64,000 bases of DNA from Gammaproteobacteria bacterium (lineage in GTDB: Bacteria > Pseudomonadota > Gammaproteobacteria > Pseudomonadales > Azotimanducaceae). Position 1 is the first letter of the stretch, and every line of letters begins with the position of its first letter. Below the pieces are notes generated by a model. The model was not told the DNA's origin, searched no databases, and worked only from the letters and a program-made list of their open reading frames with translations. The stretch spans positions 33,022 through 97,021 of the forward strand of contig JABIZD010000017.1 of assembly GCA_018666555.1 (NCBI GenBank), in the 5' to 3' direction. The position numbers and the translations under genes were made by a program. Shown piece after piece: positions 27,027 through 36,216 of the stretch.

Positions 27027-28169
27027 ATGGATTTTAATCTTCCTGAAGAAACAAGAATTCTTAAAGATGTTGTCAGGCGCTTCGTCAATGATGAATTGAT
27101 GCCTCTGGAACTCAGCTTGCCTGAACGCGCTAATTCTCTGGATTTACCAGAACCTATACAGAACCGCCTGGTTAAAATAATAGAGGATCTCGGACTGGCT
27201 GCCCTGGATGCACCGGTGGAAATTGGAGGTGCTGGTCTGGGCCTGCTCGACAGTTGCATTGTCATTGAAGAGGTCCACCGCTGTACTGCTGGCAGAGGCG
27301 TGTTCGCCATGAGGTTCGCCCCCGTGATATACGACCTTGCCACGGACCAACAGAAAGAAAAATATTTGTACCCAACGGTTCGAGGAGAACTTCAGGGTGC
27401 TAGTGCATTTAGTGAACCCCAGGCAGCAGGCGACATGGCAGGAATTCTTACCACCATGGAAAAGACTTCCGAAGGTTGGATCCTCAACGGTAACAAATGC
27501 TGGATTTCCTATGCTGATATCGCGGACTATGTTTTAGTTCTGGCACGAGTCAAGGGAACCAAGCGTCACGAAGGTATGTCTTGGGTGATAGTCGAAAAAG
27601 ACACCCCTGGTTTTTCTATTGGACGCGAACAGAAAATGATCCACGGCCACTCCACCTTTGAGCTCTTTCTCGACAAATGTTTGGTCAACGAGCAACAACT
27701 GTTAGGAGAGCCGGGGCAAGGCTGGGGAGCAGGCACTTCTTTTTTGTACTCGAGTCGGTTACAGATTTCGGCGCGAGCATTAGGTATCGCTGATCGTTGC
27801 CTGGAATTAGCCATTGACTATGCTAAGCAACGACACACTTTTGGCAAACCATTGGCTTCTCGACAGGCTATACAATGGATGATCGCAGATTCTTCAGTAG
27901 AATTGCACGCCGCTCGCCTGATGGTTTATGACGCTGCCTGGCGCGCTCAAAAAGGTGAAAATGTCATTCAACAGACTGCCATGGCAAAAACTTATGCGAC
28001 CGAAATGGCAGGTCGTGTGGTTGATCGCGCAGTTCAGATTCACGGCGCTGCAGGATTGTCGGATGAAACCATTCTGGAAAGATGTTATCGCGACGTCAGG
28101 CCTATGAGAATTTACGAGGGTTCGGCGGAAGCGATGAGAAGTGTTATCGCCAACGGCCTTTTACGTTAG
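27027..28169 (+). CDS. Acyl-CoA dehydrogenase
   Basis: 380 aa with canonical ACAD layout: SAFSEPQAAGD, NGNKCWIS, and the C-terminal QIHGAAGLS...YEGSAEAMR. Confidence 0.9.
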   Translation: MDFNLPEETRILKDVVRRFVNDELMPLELSLPERANSLDLPEPIQNRLVKIIEDLGLAALDAPVEIGGAGLGLLDSCIVIEEVHRCTAGRGVFAMRFAPVIYDLATDQQKEKYLYPTVRGELQGASAFSEPQAAGDMAGILTTMEKTSEGWILNGNKCWISYADIADYVLVLARVKGTKRHEGMSWVIVEKDTPGFSIGREQKMIHGHSTFELFLDKCLVNEQQLLGEPGQGWGAGTSFLYSSRLQISARALGIADRCLELAIDYAKQRHTFGKPLASRQAIQWMIADSSVELHAARLMVYDAAWRAQKGENVIQQTAMAKTYATEMAGRVVDRAVQIHGAAGLSDETILERCYRDVRPMRIYEGSAEAMRSVIANGLLR

Positions 28170-28186
28170 CTAGACATGAGGTCGTT

Positions 28187-29830
28187 ATGGATATTAAACA
28201 AGATATAGGCATTCCCCTGGATATTCCTACTGGCGGATTGACCGCCATTGACCTGGTTGTCATCGGTTTATATCTCGCAGCAATGCTAGCGATGGGGATT
28301 GTTATCGCCCGAAAACAGCGTTCCACAGAGGATTTCTTTGTCGGTGGTCGTGATCTGCCACCCTGGGCTGTGGGTATCAGTCTGTTTGCAACGGTCATGT
28401 CTACACTGCTCTATCTCGGCCAACCCGGTGAGATGTTTCGTACCGGCCTCAGCTTTCTTACGCGCCAGTCACCTATCCCGTTGGTTCTGCTGGTGGTGTG
28501 CTTCGTCTGGATACCGTTTTTTATGCGTTTGAATTTGACCAGTGCCTATGAGTACCTTGAGTACAGGTTTAACTATCCAGTCCGCATAATGGCAGCAATC
28601 TTTTGTCTGTTGCTGATATTTGGCTGGATTTCTGTTGTCGTTCTCACGGCGTCGATTGCTTTAGCCGAAATTATCAGGATAGATATTGGCTTGCCCTTTA
28701 TTACTGGGCCGGATGCATCTGTGTATACGATCATTTTGGGCGTCGGGTTATTTTCCATTGTATATACCACGCTAGGTGGTATTCGCGCTGTGGTCTGGAC
28801 CGATGTCATTCAGTTTGTGGTATTACTTATTGGAGCATTGTTCACCATGGGCGCCGTGGCCTGGATGACGCAGTCCAATGTCAGTGATTGGATAGCAGTT
28901 TCCGAACAATACAAGCATGAGGAAGTTGAATGGTTTGATTGGGATGTACGTAATCGAACTACCGTATTTGCCATTAGTGCCAGTTTGTTTATGTGGATGG
29001 TTTGTACCCACGGAGCAAATCAGATGGCTCTGCAGCGATATTTTGCGGTCAAGGATGTTAGTGCGGCGAGGTGGAGTTACGTGATCAGTGCCATTGCGGC
29101 AGCTCTATTAGGCGTTATCCTGGCTGGGGTCGGGATATCTCTCATGTACTTTATTCAGGAGTTCGACCTTCCTGCTAAAGCCGGCATCGCCTCTGATATC
29201 GCCTCTATTCGTAACGTCTCTCAAGACGCGGTATTTCCGCAATTCATCAGTTATTACCTGCCGAGCGGTTTAAGGGGTCTGGTGGTGGCGGCACTATTTG
29301 CAGCCGCTATGTCTACCATCGATTCCGGTGCCAATTCTGCTTCAACTATATTGACCGTGGATTTTCATCGTCGCCTGAGGCCTGGTTCGGATGATGAAAA
29401 GTCTGAGCTTAGCCGAGCCAGGAAGACAACAGCGATGATGGGTATTTTTATTGTTGTCTACACCATTGGATTATACGAAGTGTCAAAAGGTACCGATATT
29501 ATTTCCCTGGCGCAAAAGGGGTTTAATTGTTTTCTTGGGCCTCTCGGGGCGTTATTCGTGCTCGGTATGTTTGTAAAGCGTGCTACGCCAGTATCGGTTA
29601 TACCGGCTGTTCTTATTGGTGAGATAGTAGGTGTAGGCACGAGCTATAGTCGCGAGCTTTTTGGAGTTAGTTTCTCTACCCACCTTGTTATTCTCACGGC
29701 ATGGCTAGCGACTTTTTTGAGCGCTATAATCATCGGCCTAGTCTATGAAAAAGTGACCGGCAAACAGGCCAGCGAGGAACAGCAGAAACTGATGTGGTCG
29801 AATGTGGTTCGTTCCGAACTCAAAGCCTGA
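28187..29830 (+). CDS. Sodium:solute symporter (SSS) family transporter
   Basis: Multi-span hydrophobic protein with FFVGGRDLPPW near the N-terminus, typical of the SSS family. I prefer the ATG at 28187 (MDIKQDIG). The ORF-track start at 28082 overlaps the ACAD gene by 88 nt. Confidence 0.85.
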   Translation: MDIKQDIGIPLDIPTGGLTAIDLVVIGLYLAAMLAMGIVIARKQRSTEDFFVGGRDLPPWAVGISLFATVMSTLLYLGQPGEMFRTGLSFLTRQSPIPLVLLVVCFVWIPFFMRLNLTSAYEYLEYRFNYPVRIMAAIFCLLLIFGWISVVVLTASIALAEIIRIDIGLPFITGPDASVYTIILGVGLFSIVYTTLGGIRAVVWTDVIQFVVLLIGALFTMGAVAWMTQSNVSDWIAVSEQYKHEEVEWFDWDVRNRTTVFAISASLFMWMVCTHGANQMALQRYFAVKDVSAARWSYVISAIAAALLGVILAGVGISLMYFIQEFDLPAKAGIASDIASIRNVSQDAVFPQFISYYLPSGLRGLVVAALFAAAMSTIDSGANSASTILTVDFHRRLRPGSDDEKSELSRARKTTAMMGIFIVVYTIGLYEVSKGTDIISLAQKGFNCFLGPLGALFVLGMFVKRATPVSVIPAVLIGEIVGVGTSYSRELFGVSFSTHLVILTAWLATFLSAIIIGLVYEKVTGKQASEEQQKLMWSNVVRSELKA

Positions 29831-30070
29831 TAACCACTCCTATGTTTTCTTGGGTTTGATTAAAAGCCCGTTGCTGCCGCGGACGAGACCGGCAAGGTCT
29901 AAACGTCAATGACCGGGAAATAGCGTTTTTTTTGCCAGTGGGCGGCAGCCATAACATTGAGCAATATTTTGTAAGCGGTCCGCCACAGGCTAGCTAGCAG
30001 CATATCTGTGTGCCACAATCCTTGCATCTGTACCTTAATCAATAGCTTTACCAGGAATGGGAGCAAGATC

Positions 30071-31330
30071 ATGGTCGATCAAAATGCAGTAGAAGCAGAA
30101 AAAGTTGCCACGGTTTTTGTGCCTGCCTTGCAACTCACTGAGGGGCAGCCACCGCCGATTGCTGAAAATGGGGGCTTATCCTATATGTCCTTTGATCGAG
30201 AGGGTGATGCAGGAACCGCTGAGGCGGTTGAGGCCGCCTTGCGCCAGATTGATAGCGGTGAGGGGCAGGCAGTGATTGATATGCTCGATAACGCGCCGCC
30301 CGGACCTATAGAGACTCAGTGGGGTAGCGGTTTTCGTCGCTATGCAGAGTGTCTAGAGTATATCAAGGCTAATAATTACGTTGTTCCGCAGGGGGGGTTG
30401 GTTCTCCCTCTGCGTTATACAGTCTATGAAAAACCATCTTTTTCTGTTGTCTCATCTAATGCGCTCTGGCGTGATCCAGAGCGGTCTAAACAGGCGCAGG
30501 CACTGCGTAAGGACGAACAGGATAATGTGCGTCGATGCCTGTATTTTCCTCAGGTATTACGCGATGCACGTAGGATTGGGGATTATTATCCCGATCTATC
30601 ACCGACTAGCCCAGAGTGTATGGATGCGCTCGGCGTGTCTTTGGCACAGTGTGACTCGAAATGTGAGGACTTTTATGATGCCGCCGAAGTAGAGCGCGTA
30701 TTTTATCCGGAGATGGAAAAGCTTTTATTGGAATTTTTCCCGGCTGCCACTGATGCCCTGGTCTTTAACCATGATGTCTTTGACAAAGATTATAAGGGCG
30801 ACCCAACTGAAGATCAGGACAATAACAACCCAGGGGTGAATAAGGCTTATGCTAACCTGGTGCACAATGACCTGAACGATAACAGTGGCCGCGTTCGCTG
30901 CCGTGAACTGCTGACTAGAAACTTACGAAACTTCGGTCGCAAGCAGGATTACACGCCGGCACAGGCTGATGCGAAGATGTCACAACGATTCATGTCTATT
31001 AACCTGGCCAAGCCCATGGAAACTGTACGTCAGAATCCATTTGTACTTTGTGCCTGGCCTTCTTTTAGGGATCAGCCTTATATAACCAATTACCGCGTTT
31101 ACGATGACCGTGTCGGAGAAACCACGCGCTTTACGCATCGTCCAGAGCACGAGTGGTACTGGCTTCCTGAGCAGCAGCCGAACGAAGTTTCGATGCTTAA
31201 ATGCTACGATTCGATTACTGATGGCTCTGTATCGCGTTGGTCGTTTCATACCGCCTGTATTGATCATAGTGCGCCTGAACAGGCTCCCTGCCGCAGAAAT
31301 GTAGTGGTCCGTTCTTTTGTGTTCTTTTGA
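30071..31330 (+). CDS. Hypothetical protein with a C-terminal CmcJ/NvfI-like (AsaB-type Fe/2OG oxygenase-like) region and an unrecognised N-terminal region
   Basis: ATG at 30071 is preceded by GGGAG. The C-terminal half shows the pattern I associate with the CmcJ/NvfI family: FNHDVF, LVHNDLND (HxD), RFMSINLAKP...NPFVLCAWPSF, EHEWYWLPEQQPNEVSMLKCYDS, SFHTAC, and a terminal RRNVVVRSFVFF. I recognise nothing in the first 100-200 aa. Confidence 0.5.
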   Translation: MVDQNAVEAEKVATVFVPALQLTEGQPPPIAENGGLSYMSFDREGDAGTAEAVEAALRQIDSGEGQAVIDMLDNAPPGPIETQWGSGFRRYAECLEYIKANNYVVPQGGLVLPLRYTVYEKPSFSVVSSNALWRDPERSKQAQALRKDEQDNVRRCLYFPQVLRDARRIGDYYPDLSPTSPECMDALGVSLAQCDSKCEDFYDAAEVERVFYPEMEKLLLEFFPAATDALVFNHDVFDKDYKGDPTEDQDNNNPGVNKAYANLVHNDLNDNSGRVRCRELLTRNLRNFGRKQDYTPAQADAKMSQRFMSINLAKPMETVRQNPFVLCAWPSFRDQPYITNYRVYDDRVGETTRFTHRPEHEWYWLPEQQPNEVSMLKCYDSITDGSVSRWSFHTACIDHSAPEQAPCRRNVVVRSFVFF

Positions 31331-31551
31331 GTGCAGGGTTTGTTGTTGTGCAAATCAATACCAGTTTCCAGGCAGCACGTTAGGAGACTCTAGCCGATTC
31401 CACCAGTTGAGTATGTCCTGTGCAACTGAGTAGGTTCAGTTGTGGTCTTGGCTTAGGTCAGTGAGCCCGCTGAAACACAGTTGAAGTGGTAACCGAGCCG
31501 ATTGCGATCAGTACAATGTTATTATTTAAATTTACGCTCAGGGAGAATCAA

Positions 31552-32568
31552 ATGCGTATCGTCCATTGGCTGAGTATGTTGCTGGCTTTTTTACTGCTTG
31601 GTATCCAGGGGCAGCAGGGTGCCTATGCCGCGAGTGCCAGTGAAATCAAACTGACTTTTCTTGGTACTGGTGCACCCAGACCCTCTCTTAGTCGCTATGG
31701 CCCAGCAATTCTGGTGGAGGCGGGTGATTATAAGATCATGGTAGATGCGGGGCCAGGTATGCGCGAGCGGCTGTTCCAGGCAGGAGGCTTTGAAATACTT
31801 ACCGCGGTTGACCACATTTTGATAACGCATCTTCATTTTGACCATACTATCAGTGCGCCTGGGTTGTGGCTGACGGGTTGGCTATTTGGTCGTAAGACGC
31901 CAATGAAAGTTTATGGGCCGACAGGTACAGCTGCGATGATGGCGCATTTCCGTGCTGCCTATGATTGGGATATTCGTTACCGGACTGTTGTTGGTGTGCA
32001 TGAGGAAGGCTCCCAGCTACTCGGAACCGATATCCAGTCAGGCGTATTTTTTGACCAAGATGGCCTCAAGATCACAGCATTTGATGTCGAGCACATGCCT
32101 ATCAATGTTGCCACTGGTGAATCACTCGGTCTGGAAGGGGCCACGCTTGGCTATCGAATAGATTATCGGGGGCGCTCAGTGCTGTTCTCTGGGGACACTC
32201 GATCTACTGCATCGAGCCAGATTATTCCTTATGGTAAGGGCGTAGATGTGCTGATCCATGAAACCCAGGTGCCGGCAATTGAAAATTCACCGGAAGCTAT
32301 TCTAGCTAACGTCAGTTTGTCAGTGCATTCATCACCAGCTCAGGTCGCCCATGTGTTTGAACAGACTCGACCTCGCCTGGGCGTCTACTCACATATTATC
32401 CCACCGGAGATGACGGCTGAAGCGTTGCTTGCCCTGACTGATTATGACGGCAATATGATGGTGGCCGAGGATCTAATGACCATAACCATCGGTGATGAGT
32501 TAACGATTGGCCGTGCAGAGGGAGCAGGTACAGATATATTTACCCAGGCTGATGTAGTCGACGACTAA
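31552..32568 (+). CDS. Secreted MBL-fold hydrolase (RNase Z / lactonase-like subgroup)
   Basis: ATG at 31552 follows GGGAGA. Signal peptide MRIVHWLSMLLAFLLLGIQGQQGAYA. HxHxDH motif ITHLHFDH. Confidence 0.8.
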   Translation: MRIVHWLSMLLAFLLLGIQGQQGAYAASASEIKLTFLGTGAPRPSLSRYGPAILVEAGDYKIMVDAGPGMRERLFQAGGFEILTAVDHILITHLHFDHTISAPGLWLTGWLFGRKTPMKVYGPTGTAAMMAHFRAAYDWDIRYRTVVGVHEEGSQLLGTDIQSGVFFDQDGLKITAFDVEHMPINVATGESLGLEGATLGYRIDYRGRSVLFSGDTRSTASSQIIPYGKGVDVLIHETQVPAIENSPEAILANVSLSVHSSPAQVAHVFEQTRPRLGVYSHIIPPEMTAEALLALTDYDGNMMVAEDLMTITIGDELTIGRAEGAGTDIFTQADVVDD

Positions 32569-32642
32569 CCCTTGTGTCAAAGCACCGGCAGGCGGTAGAA
32601 GCATCTGTAATGCCAGTAATGCCTGCTGGTAATAGCGCGGGC

Positions 32643-33242
32643 TTAATCGATTATATTGACCGTCCCCGTTTCGATATCATAGTAGGCTGAGATTACGGTT
32701 AATTGCTTGGATGCAGTTAAATCCGCCAGGATGGTTGAGTCCTGCGTTAACTGCTTTGCCGAAGCACGTATATTGGCCTGTAAACATTGTAATGCTTGCT
32801 GGTTATCGACCAGAGAGGTGTTGGTTGAACAGCGTTCACTAATAGCAGGAGCAATGTGATCGACGATTGAGCCTTGATTTTCTGATGTAACGGTGTTGTG
32901 GTTTTGCAGAGCCATCATAGTTGCCTTAATTGCGCCACAATCGGTATGCCCCAGGACGATGACAAGAGGTACATTGAACTGTTCGGCGGCATATTCAATG
33001 CTGCCAATCTGCGATGCCCCTGCAATATTGCCAGCTACCCGAATAACAAATAAATCCCCGGGGTCCTGGTCAAAAACAATTTCGACTGGAACCCGAGAGT
33101 CGGAACAGCCTAGAACAATTGCCTTAGGTGATTGTTCAGTGTTTTTCTGACTGCCTTGCCAGGCTTTGCCCTTGGTTGATCCCTGCAGAAACCGTTGGTT
33201 TCCTGCTATGAGATCGTTAAGTATTTTTTCTGCTGCCTTCAC
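32643..33242 (-). CDS. Beta-class carbonic anhydrase
   Basis: Zinc-ligand motifs CSDSRVP and GHTDCGA. 199 aa. Confidence 0.9.
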   Translation of the reverse strand: MKAAEKILNDLIAGNQRFLQGSTKGKAWQGSQKNTEQSPKAIVLGCSDSRVPVEIVFDQDPGDLFVIRVAGNIAGASQIGSIEYAAEQFNVPLVIVLGHTDCGAIKATMMALQNHNTVTSENQGSIVDHIAPAISERCSTNTSLVDNQQALQCLQANIRASAKQLTQDSTILADLTASKQLTVISAYYDIETGTVNIID

Positions 33243-33452
33243 TGTATTGCCCGAATGGATTGGCCTTTGTTTATTTAAAGCTGCTACAAGTCCGTTTCAG
33301 TGAAGAGACAGACAGGTGATAACCAGCGAAACCGCCCGTTAACCTTGGCGGCATCATTGGCTAGCATAGCATCAATATGAACCAGGGTAGTAACTCGTAG
33401 AGAATAGCTAGGGCAAGTCGAGGGGTTGCTGATTCAGGCTTTTAAGCCATGG

Positions 33453-35048
33453 CTACAGAGTGTAGTTTCGACCTGGCGGATAGCAGCTACCATCGTCTGT
33501 GCCAATCTCACTGTCGATCAGTTCATTGAGTTTTGAGTTTAAATCGAGGATCAGTTGTTTGCTTTCCGGTAAGCTACTATTCGCCAGGTTGCAGCATTCA
33601 TCTGGATCCTCAAAAGTATCGTAAAGCTCCAGTTCATTATGAGCAGACAGAGTCTGCCAGTCTCTCGGCATATGATGCTCGGACGGTTTAAAATAGCGTG
33701 CAAATTTGTACTGGCCATCATTGATCCCGCGGAAACAAGCATAGTTATCCATTGACATTCCTTCTGCCATCCTAGCCTTGTCAACACTCGTGAAACTACC
33801 TCTGGCCTGACCGGCAAAAATGGTTCCTATAAGGTCAACGTCCCAGGATAAGGTGGCGGTATAATCTATTAGCATGCCTTTATCGTCTCTTGCGGTTTTA
33901 CCACCATTTAAAGCGCCTGCCAGTGACACGCCTTTCAGGTCTGGCCAGCGCGCTGCAGTTTCGATATCAGGAACACCTGATATTTCCAGTAAAGTCGGAA
34001 TCAGATCCACCGATGTTGCTAGAGCATCGGTCTCGCTGGCCGGGAAATCCGGATGGTCAATATAGAGCGAAACCCCAATATTTTCTTTGTACATGGAAGG
34101 CCCTTTCTGCCTCATTCCATGAGCTCCAGCCATTTCACCATGGTCGGACGTGAACACGACCGTGGTATGTTCAGCCTGACCGGATTGCTGTAATGCGTTG
34201 AGGACACAGCCAATGTGCTGGTCAACATCGCGAATACAGTTGTAATAGTAGTTTCGATGGTTATACCAGGCGGATTCATTGTCGTGGGGGAGCGGACCAT
34301 ACATGATGTCTGCCAGGGCCTGGTCGCTTTGATGGGCTGATGGCTTTTTGCTTAAGTCATCATTGAAGCTGTTAGGAAGGCTCAGGTCCAGTTGGGTATT
34401 GTAAAGTGCAGAATTTGGCGCCGGTTTTAAAGGTGCAACGCGGAGTGGATCGGCACGTTGGTCGGCCATTGACCCTGTTGCATCGAAAAACATGATGTCA
34501 TGGGGGTTGATAAAATTGACTGCCATTAGCCACGGTTGATCAGCTGGTTTGTTGCCGTCTCGTCCTATTAGCCAGTTAGCCGCGTCCGCGGCAATGGAGC
34601 TATCATGTTTGAACCCGTCCCAGACGATACCATGGTGATCCCCGTCATGGGTGTATTCAGAGAATCCCCAGGGTTCCAATGCATCAATCGTCGTCGGGAA
34701 TCTCTGTGCATGGAAGTCGTTTTCCATTTCAGATAAGTGCCATTTACCCTTATAGACAGTGTGATAGCCCAGATCTCTGAATATCGTGCCCAATGTAGGC
34801 ATCGTTTTTGGTAAGTAAACATGGGGTGGCACATTAGGGTTTGAAAACATGCCAGTTTGTTGAGTGTGCTGGCCTGTGTAAATGACTGAGCGAGAAGGAC
34901 CACAAGGTGTCGTATTAACCTGGAATTTCCGGAAGGCTGTTGATCTCTCACGCAGGTATTGCCTGTTTGGCAAATCCAGGTTCGAAGGAAGGTCTACGAA
35001 CGACTGTTCCTGGTCGGTGGTGATGACCAGTATATTATAAGGTTGCAT
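33453..35048 (-). CDS. Cys-type sulfatase (arylsulfatase family), no signal peptide
   Basis: NILVITTDQ at the very N-terminus and the formylglycine signature CGPSRSVIYTG, then later GKWHL and FTSDHGEM. I prefer the ATG at 35048 (MQPYNILV). Confidence 0.85.
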   Translation of the reverse strand: MQPYNILVITTDQEQSFVDLPSNLDLPNRQYLRERSTAFRKFQVNTTPCGPSRSVIYTGQHTQQTGMFSNPNVPPHVYLPKTMPTLGTIFRDLGYHTVYKGKWHLSEMENDFHAQRFPTTIDALEPWGFSEYTHDGDHHGIVWDGFKHDSSIAADAANWLIGRDGNKPADQPWLMAVNFINPHDIMFFDATGSMADQRADPLRVAPLKPAPNSALYNTQLDLSLPNSFNDDLSKKPSAHQSDQALADIMYGPLPHDNESAWYNHRNYYYNCIRDVDQHIGCVLNALQQSGQAEHTTVVFTSDHGEMAGAHGMRQKGPSMYKENIGVSLYIDHPDFPASETDALATSVDLIPTLLEISGVPDIETAARWPDLKGVSLAGALNGGKTARDDKGMLIDYTATLSWDVDLIGTIFAGQARGSFTSVDKARMAEGMSMDNYACFRGINDGQYKFARYFKPSEHHMPRDWQTLSAHNELELYDTFEDPDECCNLANSSLPESKQLILDLNSKLNELIDSEIGTDDGSCYPPGRNYTL

Positions 35049-35096
35049 GAGCCCTACTATTACTTGGAAGAACCAACTGTGCAAGGGCTGATGATG

Positions 35097-35705
35097 CTAA
35101 GCGCGCTCCTTCCTGTGAAATAAAAGACAGCGGTTATTGGCGGGCATAGGAATATCTTTCCTCAAATCCAGGCCATGGACATGAGCGAGATCAACCACTT
35201 CGGAAAGCTCCCATAATCCTGATTCTTGATGGATATCCCTTTTTAACCAGGCATCCAGATTAGCATTGCCTGCGCTGGTATATCCTTGTTCATTGAAGGG
35301 TCCGTAAAGAATCAGGGTCCCCGATGAAACAAGCGTTGCGGCGATACCTGCGAAGAAATTAACCCCATGGGTTTTTGGCATGTAATGCAGCACGTTTGCG
35401 CTGAAGACGTACTCTGCTCGGGCTGTTGGCCATCTGCTCATAGTGACATCAAGGCAGATAGCTGCAGGCAGGTTTGGTAACTGCGCTGGCTCGATCCAGC
35501 TATTTGCCCCATCAAGCCAACTGGCCTGATCGGTTGCCTGCCAGTACAGGTGGGTTAGATTGCTGGCAAAATAGACCGCGTGCTGACCGGTACCACAGCC
35601 TACTTCGATGACCTTGCCTGGCTCGTTCATATAGATCTTAAGAACCTCAAGAATGGGTCCCTGATTACGCAGGCAGGCTTGGCTAAGCGGTTTCTCAATT
35701 GCCAT
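35097..35705 (-). CDS. Class I SAM-dependent methyltransferase-fold protein (DUF938-like)
   Basis: 202 aa. RNQGPILEVLK then the motif I sequence VIEVGCGTGQHAVYFA, followed by WQATD. This pattern is characteristic of DUF938 proteins. Confidence 0.7.
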   Translation of the reverse strand: MAIEKPLSQACLRNQGPILEVLKIYMNEPGKVIEVGCGTGQHAVYFASNLTHLYWQATDQASWLDGANSWIEPAQLPNLPAAICLDVTMSRWPTARAEYVFSANVLHYMPKTHGVNFFAGIAATLVSSGTLILYGPFNEQGYTSAGNANLDAWLKRDIHQESGLWELSEVVDLAHVHGLDLRKDIPMPANNRCLLFHRKERA

Positions 35706-36216
35706 ACTCGGTTTCTCCTAATGGATTCTTTTACTGTGACACTGATCATTGCTTCCATTAGCCAGAATCTAAATCGAAACAGGAAAGGGCATCTGATCGA
35801 TGAGTTTTTCTGGTTTGGGTTCATTAACCTAGCCTTTGTAGCATAGGTCTGAATGATTGGAACGTAAAATCATTTGCGCACAATTAGCTAAGATTGTGCT
35901 TTAGGCACCCTTAGTTTTACGCATAAGCATTCTCTATCTTTATTGTTATCTTCATATAAAGGCTTAGGCCTATCTTTAAGTAGAGCGGTGTCCATATTCA
36001 TGCAGGCGGGATGCTGGATTAGCCGGGGCTGTCGTTACCGCTGGCGTAAACACACCTGCCCAGGGAAGCTAATCGGATTGGCGCTGGCCATCAATAATGA
36101 CATGTCCTTGAATGTTTAAGGTAGGGCCTGACGGGTTTACTGGCGATCGCGACCCTGTATCCATGACCCCTCTAATCAACAGGATTAAGCCGCTGGATTG
36201 CTATTCAATGCCTCAT

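Noticed and set aside
26701-27027. The upstream 109 codons of the 371-aa ORF containing the IclR regulator.
   Set aside because: IclR proteins are about 250-270 aa. The extra sequence is low-complexity (QTKTQVTFFTTQ, ILVHIYFIHIYVLII). It spans an AT-only perfect palindrome and would abut the start of the divergent gene at 27027.
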